DNA of 64,000 bases from Octopus vulgaris (lineage: Eukaryota): positions 96,038,001 to 96,102,000 of the forward strand of contig OX597815.1 in assembly GCA_951406725.2 (NCBI GenBank). Reading direction: 5' to 3'. The position numbers were made by a program, and so were the translations under genes. Every line of letters starts with the position of its first letter. The first letter of the stretch is position 1. Under the pieces are notes generated by a model. That model ran no database searches, was not told the origin of the DNA, and worked only from the letters and a program-made list of their open reading frames with translations. This document shows, one piece after another, positions 1 to 13,314 of the stretch.

Positions 1-112
1 AACGTACATGAAATTACGATGATAGTTGCCAAACCAAAATCAGCAAAGGTCTCTACAGCGCCCAAACATTTTGGTAAATTCTAACTTTTATGGATAAACA
101 AGTGCACCTTTT

Positions 113-254
113 CTCGCTCTCTCTCTCTTCCCCTCTCTCTACATCACTCTCTCTCTCCCACACACAAACACACAAACACGCATGTATACATGTACACACC
201 CACGCATTCACACACATTCACACACATACATATATACATACATACATACATACG

Positions 255-290
<36 letters not shown>

Positions 291-331
291 TATAGAGAGA
301 GAGTGAGTGAGTGAGAGAGAGAGAGAGAGAA
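113..331. repeat. Compound microsatellite (CT/CA/TACA/TA/GA)
   Basis: Directly visible simple repeats; representative of dozens of similar tracts in the window. Confidence 0.95.
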
Positions 332-1845
332 AGTTAGATAAATGTAGAGAAGGGAGAGCAGACAGGTAGATTGAAAGAAAACTATGACTAGGAGCATATT
401 TAGTGAGACCTAGTTGTCAGTTGACCTAGCAAGTGTCATTGCAACGGTTGGTACGTAATAACGGCTTTGAAAAGAATGCCCCGAAATGGCGCTCATTCTC
501 TGCTGATGATCATATAACACTGGAACGCTTTCATCTTATAAAAGTTGTATCTGTAATTTTTATGTAACTAATCAGGAATTGTGAAAAAAACTCTCTAGTT
601 ATATTGCAGCAATCGTTACACTTTTTCCACATAACTATCAGTAATAATACTGAATAAAATCCTTAATTGTTTGTAGCAGGGATATATTATCATTGCAATG
701 TATTTGCATTTGGCGTGTAGAAATGAGGCAGACTCTGTACAAGAGGACTCGTTACAAGGATCATTATCATCGTAGTTGAAGTTGTCGCCTTCCTCGGCAT
801 TATGATCTTTATCATAAGTCTATTGCAATTTCCACTTGCGTTGTGCAGGACAAGACATATGTCTCATTTCTCACCACATCATCAGCTTTATTACCACTTC
901 CACATTAACAGTACTACTTTCCTCCCTGCATGTTTTCGATATGCCGTTCATGATTGAAACTGCTGTGAGTTGCACAGTGTGAATACAATGCATCTTTATT
1001 AGATTATTTCAATTTATAGCCTAGCAGCATTTATATCATTCCTTGTCTAGAACTGGGGATCAACTATTCCTCTATTAGTATATAATCGGAACGCTATGTA
1101 TATATCATTTTGAATAAAGAGATGACTAATGTGGATCAAGTAATATATTACTGGCAGATGAATAAAGTTGTCTAGATTTTTATGAAATCATACATTTTCT
1201 AAGAGCAATGAAATGAAAACCTGGAACCACTAATACTGGTTTACGTCTGCGTGTATGATTTCATGGCCCATCACACTTGTAATATGTAATAATACTGAGA
1301 GTATAGGTACGGTGGTGACTGAGAAAATTAAATGTCTCTTAGTATTTAAGATATATTAATGTCTCCTTGATAGGCCATTATGTGTGTACAGTATATCTAT
1401 ACGTGTATTGTAAATAAACCATTTGAAAATTTAGATGAAAATATTTGCAAAACTTCCAACCATTGGTGTCATCATGCTTCAATTTATAATTACCAAGAAT
1501 ATTTCAATGTGATTAATAGATCGCTTTACACATGTGCAGGAATAATCGTGAATTCAATGTAAACTACGTGTTGTAAATCAAATTTAATGTGTATATGCGA
1601 ATCAACTAGAAACGCATGCTAACACTACTTGCATAACATAAATAATTTTCAGCTATGATATTATCTCTTGTAAATATAAAAGAAATAAATAATACAAGAT
1701 AATAATACACACATCTTGGTAGTTATATTTACGACAGGAAGAGGTATACGACGGCGTATAAATATGGCAAGAAAATATATCGAAACATATACGTCAATAC
1801 ACCTTGTCTTTACATATAAAAGTGTGTGTGTATGTCTGTAGTCTG

Positions 1846-1884
<39 letters not shown>

Positions 1885-1966
1885 ATACATATATGCATGC
1901 ATACATACGTACATAAGTACATATATACATATGTATACATACATGCATACATACATACAGATCTCC

Positions 1967-2320
1967 AAACCACTGCCCTCTAGACAACAATTATCAAGAA
2001 AAGGAACTTGTACACAAGTCCAAGATCTCGGATCTCAACGGAGTACGAAAGACGAATATCAGAATGACGGGAAACTCGTTCAAGAAAAGGTATACACAAC
2101 ATCTGGCATAATTCAGAGAAAAACGCGTGATATCCCTATCAAATATATGCCCACTGAAAGAAGCTGGAATAAGTAACCCCTGCATAAAGTGGAATATCAT
2201 TGCTAAAACCAGAAAATACGGGGTACGAAGAAACAAATGTAAACTCTGTATCACTGAAAAACTATATATCATCCTAAATATCAGGGACGAATGATTCTTC
2301 TCCTGCATACAGCAGCAATA
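1967..2320 (+). mobile_element. Penelope-like element (Naiad/Chlamys-type) GIY-YIG endonuclease C-terminal remnant
   Basis: Manual translation: HCPLDNNYQEKELVHKSKI..RKTNIRMTGNSFKKRYTQHLA*F..LKEAGISNPCIKWNIIAKTRKYGVRRNKCKLCITEKLYII. This matches the PLE pattern CPL..C..VY....YIGMT..FK.RY..H...W.I.....C.LC..EK..I; a stop codon is present. Confidence 0.75.
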
Positions 2321-2481
2321 TTTCCCACCTAAACACTTCAGAGAGGAACCACCAGCTGCGCTGCTAATCCGGCCAGGAAAGCTCCTTCCTGGAACGTGAA
2401 ATTTGGATATACGTTACACATGAACACCGCATAAGCAGGAAATATGCCCTTATGACGAACACCTCAGCACACACACACATA

Positions 2482-3733
2482 CGAGGGACGTTCAATAAGT
2501 AATGCATCTGACCCACTTGCAGTTGTTTGATCTAGCTGAGATTTTGCATGTGCACTTTTTTTATACCTCTATAGATTAAGTGGCGAATTACAGCTCTGAA
2601 CTAATTGTGGTTTCTGATTTACAGGTGTTTGAACTGAGTCAAGTGTGAAATGGAGCCTGTTGAGTGTCGAGCAGTGATCTGGTTTTTGTATTTGAAAGGA
2701 CGCACACCACGGGAGACTTTTGATGAAATGAAAGTAACTTATGGTGATAATGCCCCATCATATGACCTTGTAAAACGCTGGCATTGTGAATTCAAACATA
2801 GTCGGAACTCTGTGGAAACAGCTCCAAGATCTGGTCGCCCCCTTCTGCGGTTGATGAGACGTCTGTCCGTCAAGTTGAGGCTGCCATTTTGGAAGGTCGA
2901 CGCATAACTATTCGCCAAATAGCCCATAAGGTCAAGATTAGTACCGGGTCTGTGGAAACTATCATTCATGACCATTTGCATATGCAAAAGGTGTCTGCCA
3001 GATGGATTCCCAGGTTGCTCACGCCTTTCCAGAAGCAAGACTGCGTCGAGTGCTCGAGGATGAATTTGGAGATGTGCCAAGAAGATGAGTCAAAATTTTT
3101 CAAACGACTGATCGCACAGGATAAAACCTGGGTCCATCGCTATGATCCAGAGACCAAAGCCCAGTCAATGCAGTGAAAGCACCGTGACTCACCTCCTCCA
3201 AAGAAGGCAAGGGTGCAGCCCTCCGCTGACAAGGTTATGTTCACAGTCTTCTGGGACCAGGACGGAGTAGTGATGACAGATTTCCTGGCAAAGGGGACCA
3301 CAATTACAGGAGCCTATTATGCTTCACTTTTGAGGAAATCAAGAGGCGGGGCAAGATCAGCAAAGGCATCCTCCTCCTGCAGGACAACGCTCCGGTCCAC
3401 AACTCGCGTGTCGCCAGATCAGAGGCACAGGCGTGCAGCTATGAACTCCTGACCTTACACCCTCTGATTTTCACCTCTTCCCAGCCATGGAGTTGATTTT
3501 GAAAGGGAAGCGTTTCCCAGATGATGCAGCCTTGATTTCTGAAGTCACGTCGTGGTTGGAGGACCAAGCTGGGGTCTTCTACAAAAACGGTCTCCAGAGC
3601 TGTATCAAACGATGGGAGAAATGCATAACTCTGGGTAGTTCCTATGTAGGAAAAGACTAATAACTGTGCCAAGTGTCGTTGCTCTACTGCTATGGGAAGT
3701 GGGTCAGGGGCATTACTTATTGAACGCCCCTCG
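2482..3733 (+). mobile_element. Full-length mariner (D,D34D-type, irritans/Hsmar2-like termini) DNA transposon
   Basis: ~37-bp TIRs CGAGGGACGTTCAATAAGTAATGCATCTGACCCACTT versus reverse complement CGAGGGGCGTTCAATAAGTAATGCCCCTGACCCACTT; TA on both sides (2480-81, 3734-35). Confidence 0.95.
2650..3660 (+). pseudogene. Inactivated mariner transposase
   Basis: HTH N-terminus and motifs WIPRLL, QDKTW, LLQDNAPVH, SPDLTPSDFHLF; split by frameshifts, TGA at 3174-3176 and small deletions. Confidence 0.92.
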
Positions 3734-4060
3734 TACGAACATCACATGCACACAGAATGTATCATAGTGCAAACTAATTTGCTATCCGACACGGTTGTTT
3801 GCCCAAGTGTCAAACAAAATGGAGATAACCAATCAAAAGATGTCATCCAAGGGTAGCACAACTTGGCTTATTGTTTACTTTAAAGTATTTTCTACAGAAT
3901 CAACGTAAATTTGTGTTTATCCAAAATGGAGATGAACGCCATACTTCCATGTGATAAGCTGGGAAATTTGCAAAGATATTAAGATATTTTTCCATTTTTT
4001 TAAATGCACAAAGAAATTTTAATGCGGTTTTTCGGACTAATTTTCATCGTTCGATATTTA

Positions 4061-4128
<68 letters not shown>

Positions 4129-4375
4129 TATATATATATATATAATATTAGGGAGTATAACTCGAAACTTACAGGGAAAGATTCAATTTAGTCTTAAATC
4201 AAATTTCACAATATGAATATGTACAATATAAGTTAGAGATAATTATTATATATTGATTATTCACTTTTATACATTTGTGATCTAGTTATGTTTTATAAAA
4301 TATATTTTATTCGTTACTTATGGTTTGATTTATGTCTATCATTGTTTTAATTGCATAATTGTCGTTTTATCTCTA

Positions 4376-4463
<88 letters not shown>

Positions 4464-4488
4464 GTATATATATATACATGTATGTATT

Positions 4489-4519
<31 letters not shown>

Positions 4520-4531
4520 GTATGTATATAT

Positions 4532-7025
4532 ATTCTGGGATTGATACAAAGAAATCATCAAGATTGGTTCAAAGAAAATGATGAACATATAGATGATTTA
4601 TTGGCTGGTCAGCAAAGCCACAGGAAAGGGAAGTGTTGCATAGGGAACTCAAGGAAGTAAAATCATGTGTGAGGCAAAAGCTCTCTCAGATGAGGGATAA
4701 GAGGTGGAGTAAGAAGGCTGACGAGATACAGGCGGCATCAAATTCCAATAACACAAAGCTGTTGTATGGTCCCTTGCGAGAAGTTTATGGACCGACGTCT
4801 TCCCTGATGACACCAATTCGAAGCAGGTATGGTAAAGAACTTCGTCGTGATTCACAAGGAATTCTTCGAAGGTGGCAAGAACACTTTGATGAACTTTTGA
4901 ATCAGCAGTCTGTAGTTAGTGAGGATGTTCTCAATCTCATCCCTGGATTGCCTGTGATGGCAGCACTCGCAGAACCACCAAAGTTGGAAGAAGTTGAATG
5001 GCTGTCTCAAGGTTGAATAATGGGAAGTCTCCGGGTATGGATGGCATACATGCGGAGTTGTTACAGCATGGTGGTGAGAAAATTCTGCAGAAACTTCACT
5101 CTTTGTTTGGTAAGGAATGGACTAGTGAATCTGTACCTGAGGACTGGAGAGATGCAGTAATGGTGGTCCTGTATAAGGGAAAGGGCAACAGGAATGATTG
5201 TAGTAATTATAGGGGAGTATCATTGCTGTCTGCCGTAGGAAAGGTTTTTATGCAGGATACTCCTGGATCATCTGCTGAAATACATTGCAGATTGTGTTCT
5301 TCCCGAAAGTCAATCTGTCATTCGTGTGGGACATGACACTGCTGATATGATCTTTTCAGCTAGCTAAACAGAGTCAGGAAAAGTGTGTGGAACAGGGTCT
5401 GGATTTGTATCAGGTGTTTGTCGATCTGACAAACGCCTTTGATACCGTCAATAGAAAAGCATTGTGGAAAGTCCTCCAGAAACTTGGGTGTCCTGAAAAG
5501 TTCCTTGCTTTGGTTAGGTCTTTTCATGAAGACATGAATGGTAGGGTGAATGTTAGAGGGAAGATGTCGGAGCCCATTTCAATACAAAATGGAGTGAAAC
5601 AGGGGGATATTCTGGCACCGACCCTATTTTCTATATATTTCGCGATGGTGTTCTGTATTGCATTCAGAGACTGCAGATACGGTGTTTACTTCCATTATCG
5701 AACCTCTGGCAGCATATTTAATATCAGGCGCCTTGCTGCAAAAAGAAAGATATTTACCTCTATCATGAGGGACCTTTTGTATGCTGATGATTGTGAGCTA
5801 GTAGCACACTCAGAGATTGATATGCAACACATTTTGAATGCATTCTCTGATGCTTGCACTACCTAAGGTTTGACAGTCAATCTCAAGAAAACTGTTGTCA
5901 TGCATCAACCTGCCCCTGGCAAGCAGTATAGTGTACTAAATATCTATGTGAATGGTAAACGACTCGATGTAGTCGATCAATTTGTCTACCTGGGAAGCAC
6001 TATTAATAGATATGGCAATGTGGATGATGAAATTCCATATAGAATTAGGAAAGCAAGTGTTGCTTTCGGAAGGCTAGAAAAGCGCCTCTGGAGTCGGTGA
6101 GACATATGCAGAAAGACAAAGATAAAGTTGTACAAGGCATGTGTGCACCCTTCTCTTCTCTATGCCTGCGAGACGTGGGTCACATATCGATACCACCTTA
6201 AACAACTGGAATGTTTCCATCAGATGTGCCTCAGACGGATCTATAGCATTAAGTGGAAGGACCGCATCAGTGATCTTGAAATACTCGAAGGCTCTCGGTG
6301 TGAAAGTATAGAAGCTCTTGTATTAAAGCAAAGGCTCAGATGGAGTGGTCATCTGGTCAGAATGAAGGATTCAAGGATGCCAAAGCAACTCTTTTATGGT
6401 GAGTTAGCTAAAGGAGAACAACCTCCACATAAACAAAAAAAGAGGTATAAGGCCTTGCTGAAGGCTTCCTTAAGAGATGCTTGATCTCTCCTGACACACG
6501 AGGAGGCATAGCTATTGATCGTAGCAGGTGGAGAAGGATTGTGCATGAGGGGACAGCCACGTTTGAGAAATCTCGAGTTGCACATGAGAAAGTAAGAAGG
6601 GATGTCAGGAAGGGCATCGCTGTTACACTTTCAGAAGGGAAGGGTTTTCCTTTGATTCTGACATGCAATGTCTGTGCAAGACCCTGAGTCATCTCATGAG
6701 TCATCTGCAAGACTCATGAGTCATCTTCGTAGTCATAAAACGAGAGAGATGAGTGACAACCTGGCCACTGGTGGTGGTGTAACACACCATACTAATCATA
6801 TTTGTCGGGCATGTGGAAGAGAGTGTAATTCGGCAGGAGGACTTAAATGACATGCGAAGGTACATGAAGCCCAGTTACAACTACAGCCGGCTATTACCAG
6901 TAAAGGTTTTAGTTGCCAATTTTGTACAAGACATTGTAGATCTTTACCTGGGCTAAAAAGTCACATTCGATCACAGCACCAGTAACAGTTAAGATTCGTG
7001 TAATGGCCATACTCGATAACGAGCC

Positions 7026-7027
<2 letters not shown>
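4532..7027 (+). mobile_element. 5'-truncated RTE-clade (BovB-like) LINE with three C-terminal C2H2 zinc fingers
   Basis: RNHQDWF, GKSPGMDGI, NYRGVSLL, DLTNAFDTV, GVKQGDILAPTLF, LLYADD, RLRWSGHLVRM, then three CxxC...H..H motifs (6661-6980); many stops and frameshifts; TA-rich microsatellite on both sides. Confidence 0.93.
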
Positions 7028-7082
<55 letters not shown>

Positions 7083-7223
7083 CTAAGGAGAATTCAGATA
7101 CGTTCACCAATTTATACAAACATATCCTTCGCTATGGATCGCTGTATATCACTTTTTAAATAAGCATATGTATAAATCAATACAATATTTAAAGATTAAA
7201 TATGTATGAATACACACACACAT

Positions 7224-7277
<54 letters not shown>

Positions 7278-8021
7278 TTATATATATATATATATACATA
7301 CATATATAAATTTAATATACATGTATAAATAGACGAATGAAATTAAGTTATAAAAGTTTAGATCATAATGCAGGCCATGAGTATTGAATATCTCCTAATT
7401 TTAATCGAGATAACTGTTACTATACCATTAAGCGTTATTCTAGGATGATAGGAGTAAGCATTTAGGTATTAAGAGTTTGGTTTAGTTTTCTATATGTACA
7501 GTAAAGTGCATTGTTATCGTTAAGTGTGATGTCTAAAAAATTAGCTATTTATAATCTATTTCAAACACTATATTTAAAATATAATTTTTTAAATATTTTG
7601 AAATTCATAGCATAAGCCTCCTCTATAAAATACAATTATGAGTGTATATAAATTGGTTATTAGAGTTTCCATGAATATTCTTCATCGATATGACTCTACA
7701 TCATTAAATAAGTTCTCGGATGCTATATATTCTTGTAAACATAGATACCGTTCAATATTTAAATGTTTTGATAAAACTCGATAAATTAACCCTTACATTT
7801 TGATTATCTATATTTCACCTAATCTTTATACTACTGCCATCCTGTAACTTCAAGTTGATCAATTATTACCAGCTTAACATTTAAAACATTTTCTATATTG
7901 TATTTCCTAAAATTCCAGCTATAACATTTCCCCTTCTTGTTAATATGTGCATTCCCTATATAACTAAATCTCATCTACCCATTACAATACTGTACGAATT
8001 TTGAATCCTGAATAATATACG

Positions 8022-8111
8022 CTCTCTGATGAAGGAAGAAGTATCCAATATTTGGAGTGAAACTACCCTTAAGATCTATGGTTTACTGGGCTTCTGAAAC
8101 GACCGTAAGAG
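8022..8111 (+). ncRNA. Minimal type-I hammerhead ribozyme motif (Penelope pLTR-type)
   Basis: Stem I CTCT/AGAG, core CTGATGA (8026-32), stem II AGGA/TTCT with long loop, GAAAC-GACC-GTA; lies at the end of an AT-rich block (~7320-8230). Confidence 0.7.
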
Positions 8112-8444
8112 GATTACTACCAACAGTTTATCGAAACAGAATTTCTTGGATTAGTTACATATATTTTCTGAAACATTTAATCTAAACGGTATGATTTTAT
8201 TCGCTCTTTTCGTAAGATATTTTTTTTATTCACCTTCTCGTAAAGGCATATTTATTTTTAAATATTTTTTACAACACCGTTTAACAATGCCTTTTAATAG
8301 GATTGTAATTCTAAATGTCTTTACATATAGCGTTATATGAATTGGTGAACGTATTTTAATTCTCTTTAACATTTCTTTATATATTGCGCCACAGGCTTTA
8401 TTTGAGCAATTCAAACTACTGCCTATACAATACACAAAGAAAAT

Positions 8445-8497
<53 letters not shown>

Positions 8498-9114
8498 TAC
8501 ACAAATGCATACACACACCCCTAAACAAGCACATACACACATATATGTATCTATATATAGTACAGAGAAGAAGTTAAATTTCGAAAGCCGTATCGCTGTA
8601 GAGCTAAATTGGGTATTTGTCCTTATAAGACGTAAAAAGAAACTGTTTAGCATAATGGTAAAGCACTCGGTCGGTGTTTCAGGGTTACAAGTCTCTATTC
8701 CGTAGCTACCTGTTGGCAAGTTTTCTTTCTTCCTTTCTTATAAGAGGATAAGGACACACTCTAACTCTGCTGTTCTCACAGCTGTACTACGTTCGACATT
8801 TACTTTCTTCTTTGTAAAATAAATATTCGACGCTCCTCAAGTTTGTTTATATGGAGTAGATAAAAGAGGGAACAACTGATGAAGGGATTTTTCTTTATGT
8901 TGCCTGTTTCGTTTCACTATTTGTTTCTTTAGTTGTTCGAAAAAATGTTCGTTCTCTATGCTTCTGTTTTTATATTCGCGTTTCTCATGTCGTTCACGTT
9001 TTTTGATGTTTTGTACCAATGTATGCATGTATATATACATATATATGTAAATTTGTACATATATGTATGTATATAAGTATATATTTATATATTATTTATA
9101 TTATTATATGATCG

Positions 9115-9490
9115 AACGCCGCGCATCCATTTCCAAGTAAGTTTTATCCTAACAATTACGAGGGGCACTCTATTCTATCACTATTCTATATCCCACCCTT
9201 GCCATCTTTTTCTCCTCTCTCCTTGACAATTCCCCCTCTCTCTCTCTCGCTCGTCCTCCTTGCCTCTCTAATTGCTCACACGTGACCAACGGCTATCCAT
9301 CTTTTTTTGTTCCACTTCCTTCCTAAAGACAACGGGCTTTTACCTGTCTCTTCTCAAAGCTAGTTTTTCAAGCGTTCACCACTCCTTCACTTCTTGGCCT
9401 AACAGCCCTCACCGTTTGTTTTTATCGTATTGTTCTTATTGTCCTCTTTTTGTTACCATTTTAACCCTCGGCAAACTTTAACCCTCGGCA
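9115..9490. mobile_element. Probable Penelope pLTR-like / non-autonomous repeat fragment
   Basis: CT-rich body with CACGTGACC motif, bounded by TA-rich tracts; resembles 10100-10320 in opposite orientation. Confidence 0.35.
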
Positions 9491-9589
9491 GGGGACAACT
9501 TATGAAGGGGATGATAGTGGTAAGGTGTAGGTACAAGAGGTGGTGAACCTCTGTATAAGGAGTACACAACCAACATATGTATATATATA

Positions 9590-9900
9590 TAATAAAATAC
9601 AAAATGGGACAAGAACGTAAAACATCCGGACAACTAGGTCACACAAACGGGAAAACAAAACATCCAGATAGACGATACAAAAAGAAAACAAGCATGAGTA
9701 ATTCGAAGCTTTTTATCCTCAGTCAAGAACCGGATCATCCTCGCAATTTCGGCTGATTAATCTTGAGATTGCTCCAATCTGGCCAGCTCCAAGGGAAGAA
9801 CTATGCTAAGAGCTTTAGATTCCTTGGAAAAAAGCACCGAATCTATACTAAAACAAGGATGGAAAAACAGACGATGTTACACGAATATAAATACAAAAAT

Positions 9901-9973
<73 letters not shown>

Positions 9974-10289
9974 CAACAATAACAGGACATATCAACAGGC
10001 GTCTTTCGACTGGGGACCAATTCAGCTGGCGTGTGGGGAATGAAGCCTTACGGCAGATGGAAGAGTATCGATGTTTCAGTGACGACGGTAAGACACAAAA
10101 GGGCTAGCAGTCTGCCTATAGGTCACGTGAGAAGAGAAGAACGAGAAAAGAATTAAGGGGGGAGAAGAGAGAGAGAGAGAGAACGAGCGAGATTTGTAGA
10201 AGCAGATAGACAGAAGAATCAAGGTGTGGCGAGAAAAAATAGAGACAAGGACATAGTGAAGTGAAAAGTGAGTAAGAAAGACAAAGAAA

Positions 10290-10323
<34 letters not shown>

Positions 10324-10490
10324 GGGAAAGAAAGAACAAGGCGTAAAAAGGTTGAAAACGTCGTACAAAATTTAGTGAAATGTGTACTTACATATAAGAG
10401 AACAAAGTGTACGCATGCTTCTATATAGCAGCGTACGTACACTTTGTTTTCTTATATGTAAGTACATATTTCATTATATGTATATATATA
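9590..10490. mobile_element. Probable Penelope pLTR-like non-coding insertion in a (TA)n tract
   Basis: Bounded by TA runs; contains (AAC)n(AAT)n and GA tracts and GGTCACGTG; splits a sequence that is contiguous at 12502-12708. Confidence 0.45.
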
Positions 10491-10547
10491 TTATATACAT
10501 GTAGTTCGGTTCGAACAATTGTTTTCCTTTCTGCAATGAATGCATAT

Positions 10548-12562
10548 GAGAACAAACTCTAAATGACATTTGCGTAGCTCTGAATAAGCTGAATGACAAT
10601 AAGTCTCCAGTGTCCGATGGAATCTGAGAAGTAGTCTTGAAATATTGGGGTGACAAAATCTTTGAACTCTTATGTATATTAATTTGTCGCAGTTGGAGAA
10701 CTGAGATAGTTCCTCAAGAATGGATTGATGCCATTTTAGACTCTTTGTATAAATCTGGGCCAAAGGATCTTTGTGGTAATTTTCGTGGTATTTCGCTTTT
10801 GTCTGTTGTTGGAAAGATATTTGAACACATTTTGTTGGTACATTTAAACACCTTTATATTTCCAAATATAGTGTCTGATTTTCAGTTTGGTTTTCGTTTC
10901 TGCAGGGACACAGCTAATTGCATCTTTACTGTCAGACAATTACAAGGAAAGTGCATTTAGCAGAGTCTTGCTCTATACCATTGCTTTGTTAATTTGATAA
11001 AAAAGCATTCGATACTGTTAATTGAAAAGCTCTGTGGCTAATTCTATGGAGGAGAGGGTGCTTATGAACATTTGTAAACATGGTCAGAGCTTTGGATCAA
11101 AATATGAAAGTTAGAGTTAATTTTGGTGGCTGGCTCTCTAAATCTTTTTCTGTGGAAAATAGAGTAAAGCAAGGAGACGTTGATTCACCCACCCTCTTTG
11201 CAACATACATTACTGTTGTGTTGTCACATGGTTTTCAAACCTCGGAGGAGGGTATTTGCATAAGATATCGAAAAATAGTGTATGTTTGTAATCTGACCAG
11301 ACTGAAATTCAAAACAATGGTTTTTACTTCAGTCATTGGGGAACTTTCGTATGCTGACGATTGCGATCACGTCAGTCATTCTGAAACAGGTCTGCAATCT
11401 CTTGTATCTGTATTTGACTCAGCTTGTGATGAATTTGGCTAGACCATCAACTTGAAAAAACAAAACAAAACAGGTGTAATGCGAGTCGTTCTGTTAGTAA
11501 CCTTCCTAAATTTTTTTTAAGGGAAAGTTACTTGAAGTTGTCGATTCGTTCGTCTACCATGGAAGCTCTGTTAAAAATGATGGAAATCTTGATACAGAAA
11601 TACAGCTGCAAATTCAAAGGGCAGCAAAATCATTTGGTGGCTTGCATTCACGTGCTTGGTGCCAACGACATATAAAGAAGAATACCAACCTAGCTGTTTA
11701 CAAATCTTACCATCTTACCATCCCTGTTGTACTCCTGTCAACATTGGACTTGTTATGAAAGGTATTTTAAATTGTTCGAACAATTCCACCAAAAATACCC
11801 TCATCGCATTTTAATCATTAAATGGAGTTCTTTTACTTCAAACACAGATGTCCTTGCTTCTTCAGGCATCACCTCAACTGAAGCTATGATTTTGAGGAAC
11901 CAGTTGAAAGGTGTGGCCATATTATTCGAATGGTAGATGAATGCATGCATGCCGAAGCAGCTGTTGTATGGTGAGCTTGCAGAGGGGAAACGCTATCGGC
12001 GTAAAGCTAAAAAAGGTTTAAGGACGGCATAAGGACTACTATGAAGTCACTTGGAATGGTTCCAGAAGATCTCAACACCCTTGCTTCGGATCGCGTTGGA
12101 TGGCGGACAAAGGTGTGGAGTGGAGCAAAATCATTTGAAGAGGCTAGGATAGCGCAAGTAAGACTCAAATGAGATCTAAGGTAGAATATAACGATCGAAG
12201 AGGTGAATGTCAATGACATTTTTTGTATGCACAGTCTGTGACAGACCGTGCCTCTCTTTGGCTGGCCTCAAATCTCATCTGCATAGAAAACAAACCTCCA
12301 CCATCGGACTATTTGTCTGCGCCCAATTTTGAATGCAGTGCATGCCAGAAGGTTGCAAATTCAACGGAGGCCTCAAAAGACATGTTAGGATCCACAAGGA
12401 GCAGAACTTATTTGAAGGTATTGGTGGTTCAAATCAGAGATGCATTCCATGTGGCTGTCTTTTCAGAACATTGTCTGGTTTAAAAAGCCAAACCAGACGC
12501 CATGATGGTGCTAAGTTATAGGTACCAGAGGTGGTCAAAATCTGTATAAGTAGTAGACAACC

Positions 12563-12566
<4 letters not shown>
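10548..12566 (+). mobile_element. 5'-truncated, decayed RTE-clade LINE with three C-terminal C2H2 fingers
   Basis: NKSPVSDGI, GNFRGISLLSVVGKIF, RVKQGDVDSPTLF, LSYADD, PKQLLYGEL; fingers CTVC..SH, CSAC..HVRIH, CIPC..QTRRH; (CA)n tail. Confidence 0.9.
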
Positions 12567-12598
<32 letters not shown>

Positions 12599-12614
12599 CT
12601 CTCTCACACACACA

Positions 12615-12661
<47 letters not shown>

Positions 12662-13253
12662 GCAGTTTGAACAATTGTTTTCCTTACTGCAATGAATGCA
12701 TATGAGACAGTATTTGTTGCCCATCTGGTGTCTTAACGCACTCTTCAGACACTGCCTACATGGCATTACAAGCGAAAGATGAGACTTTAGGATGAAACGA
12801 AATGCAAAGAAAGTAGAGAAAAAATAAATATAAAAGATGCAATTTTGAAAGCCGAAAAACGAATAAGTAAAATGTAAAAGGGTAGAATTAGAATTCTTCA
12901 CATCTCACCATATAATGTAATGCTGGAAAAAATGTGGCTCAGAATCTGCGGTACAGCTGTTCAAATTAGAGAGGGTAGTACTTTCCTATTCGTGAACAGG
13001 AACTTAACCATATGCTTACAACAGTTGATAATTTTGGGTCTAGAATGTTAGATTTCTTAGGTTTGAAAATGATCTGATTCTTTCAGCTACACGTAGTTTA
13101 CAGTCTTTTGATCCGTTAACATGTGGTGTGCAGTTTGCGATATTGTCCACGATGTTCTTGCGTTCGACATCAAAAGTCTTTCATAGCTAGCCAACCTAGT
13201 AGCTTAATTTTATTTTATATTTTTGTTTATCTTAACATGAGTGAACAATACTC

Positions 13254-13314
<61 letters not shown>

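Noticed and set aside
2419-2460. Possible SECIS downstream of the Naiad-like fragment
   Set aside because: ATGA-to-AA spacing and stem pairing do not fit, and the TGA at ~2292 is not at a cysteine position
8645-8705. tRNA-like A/B boxes
   Set aside because: No cloverleaf; at most a decayed SINE head
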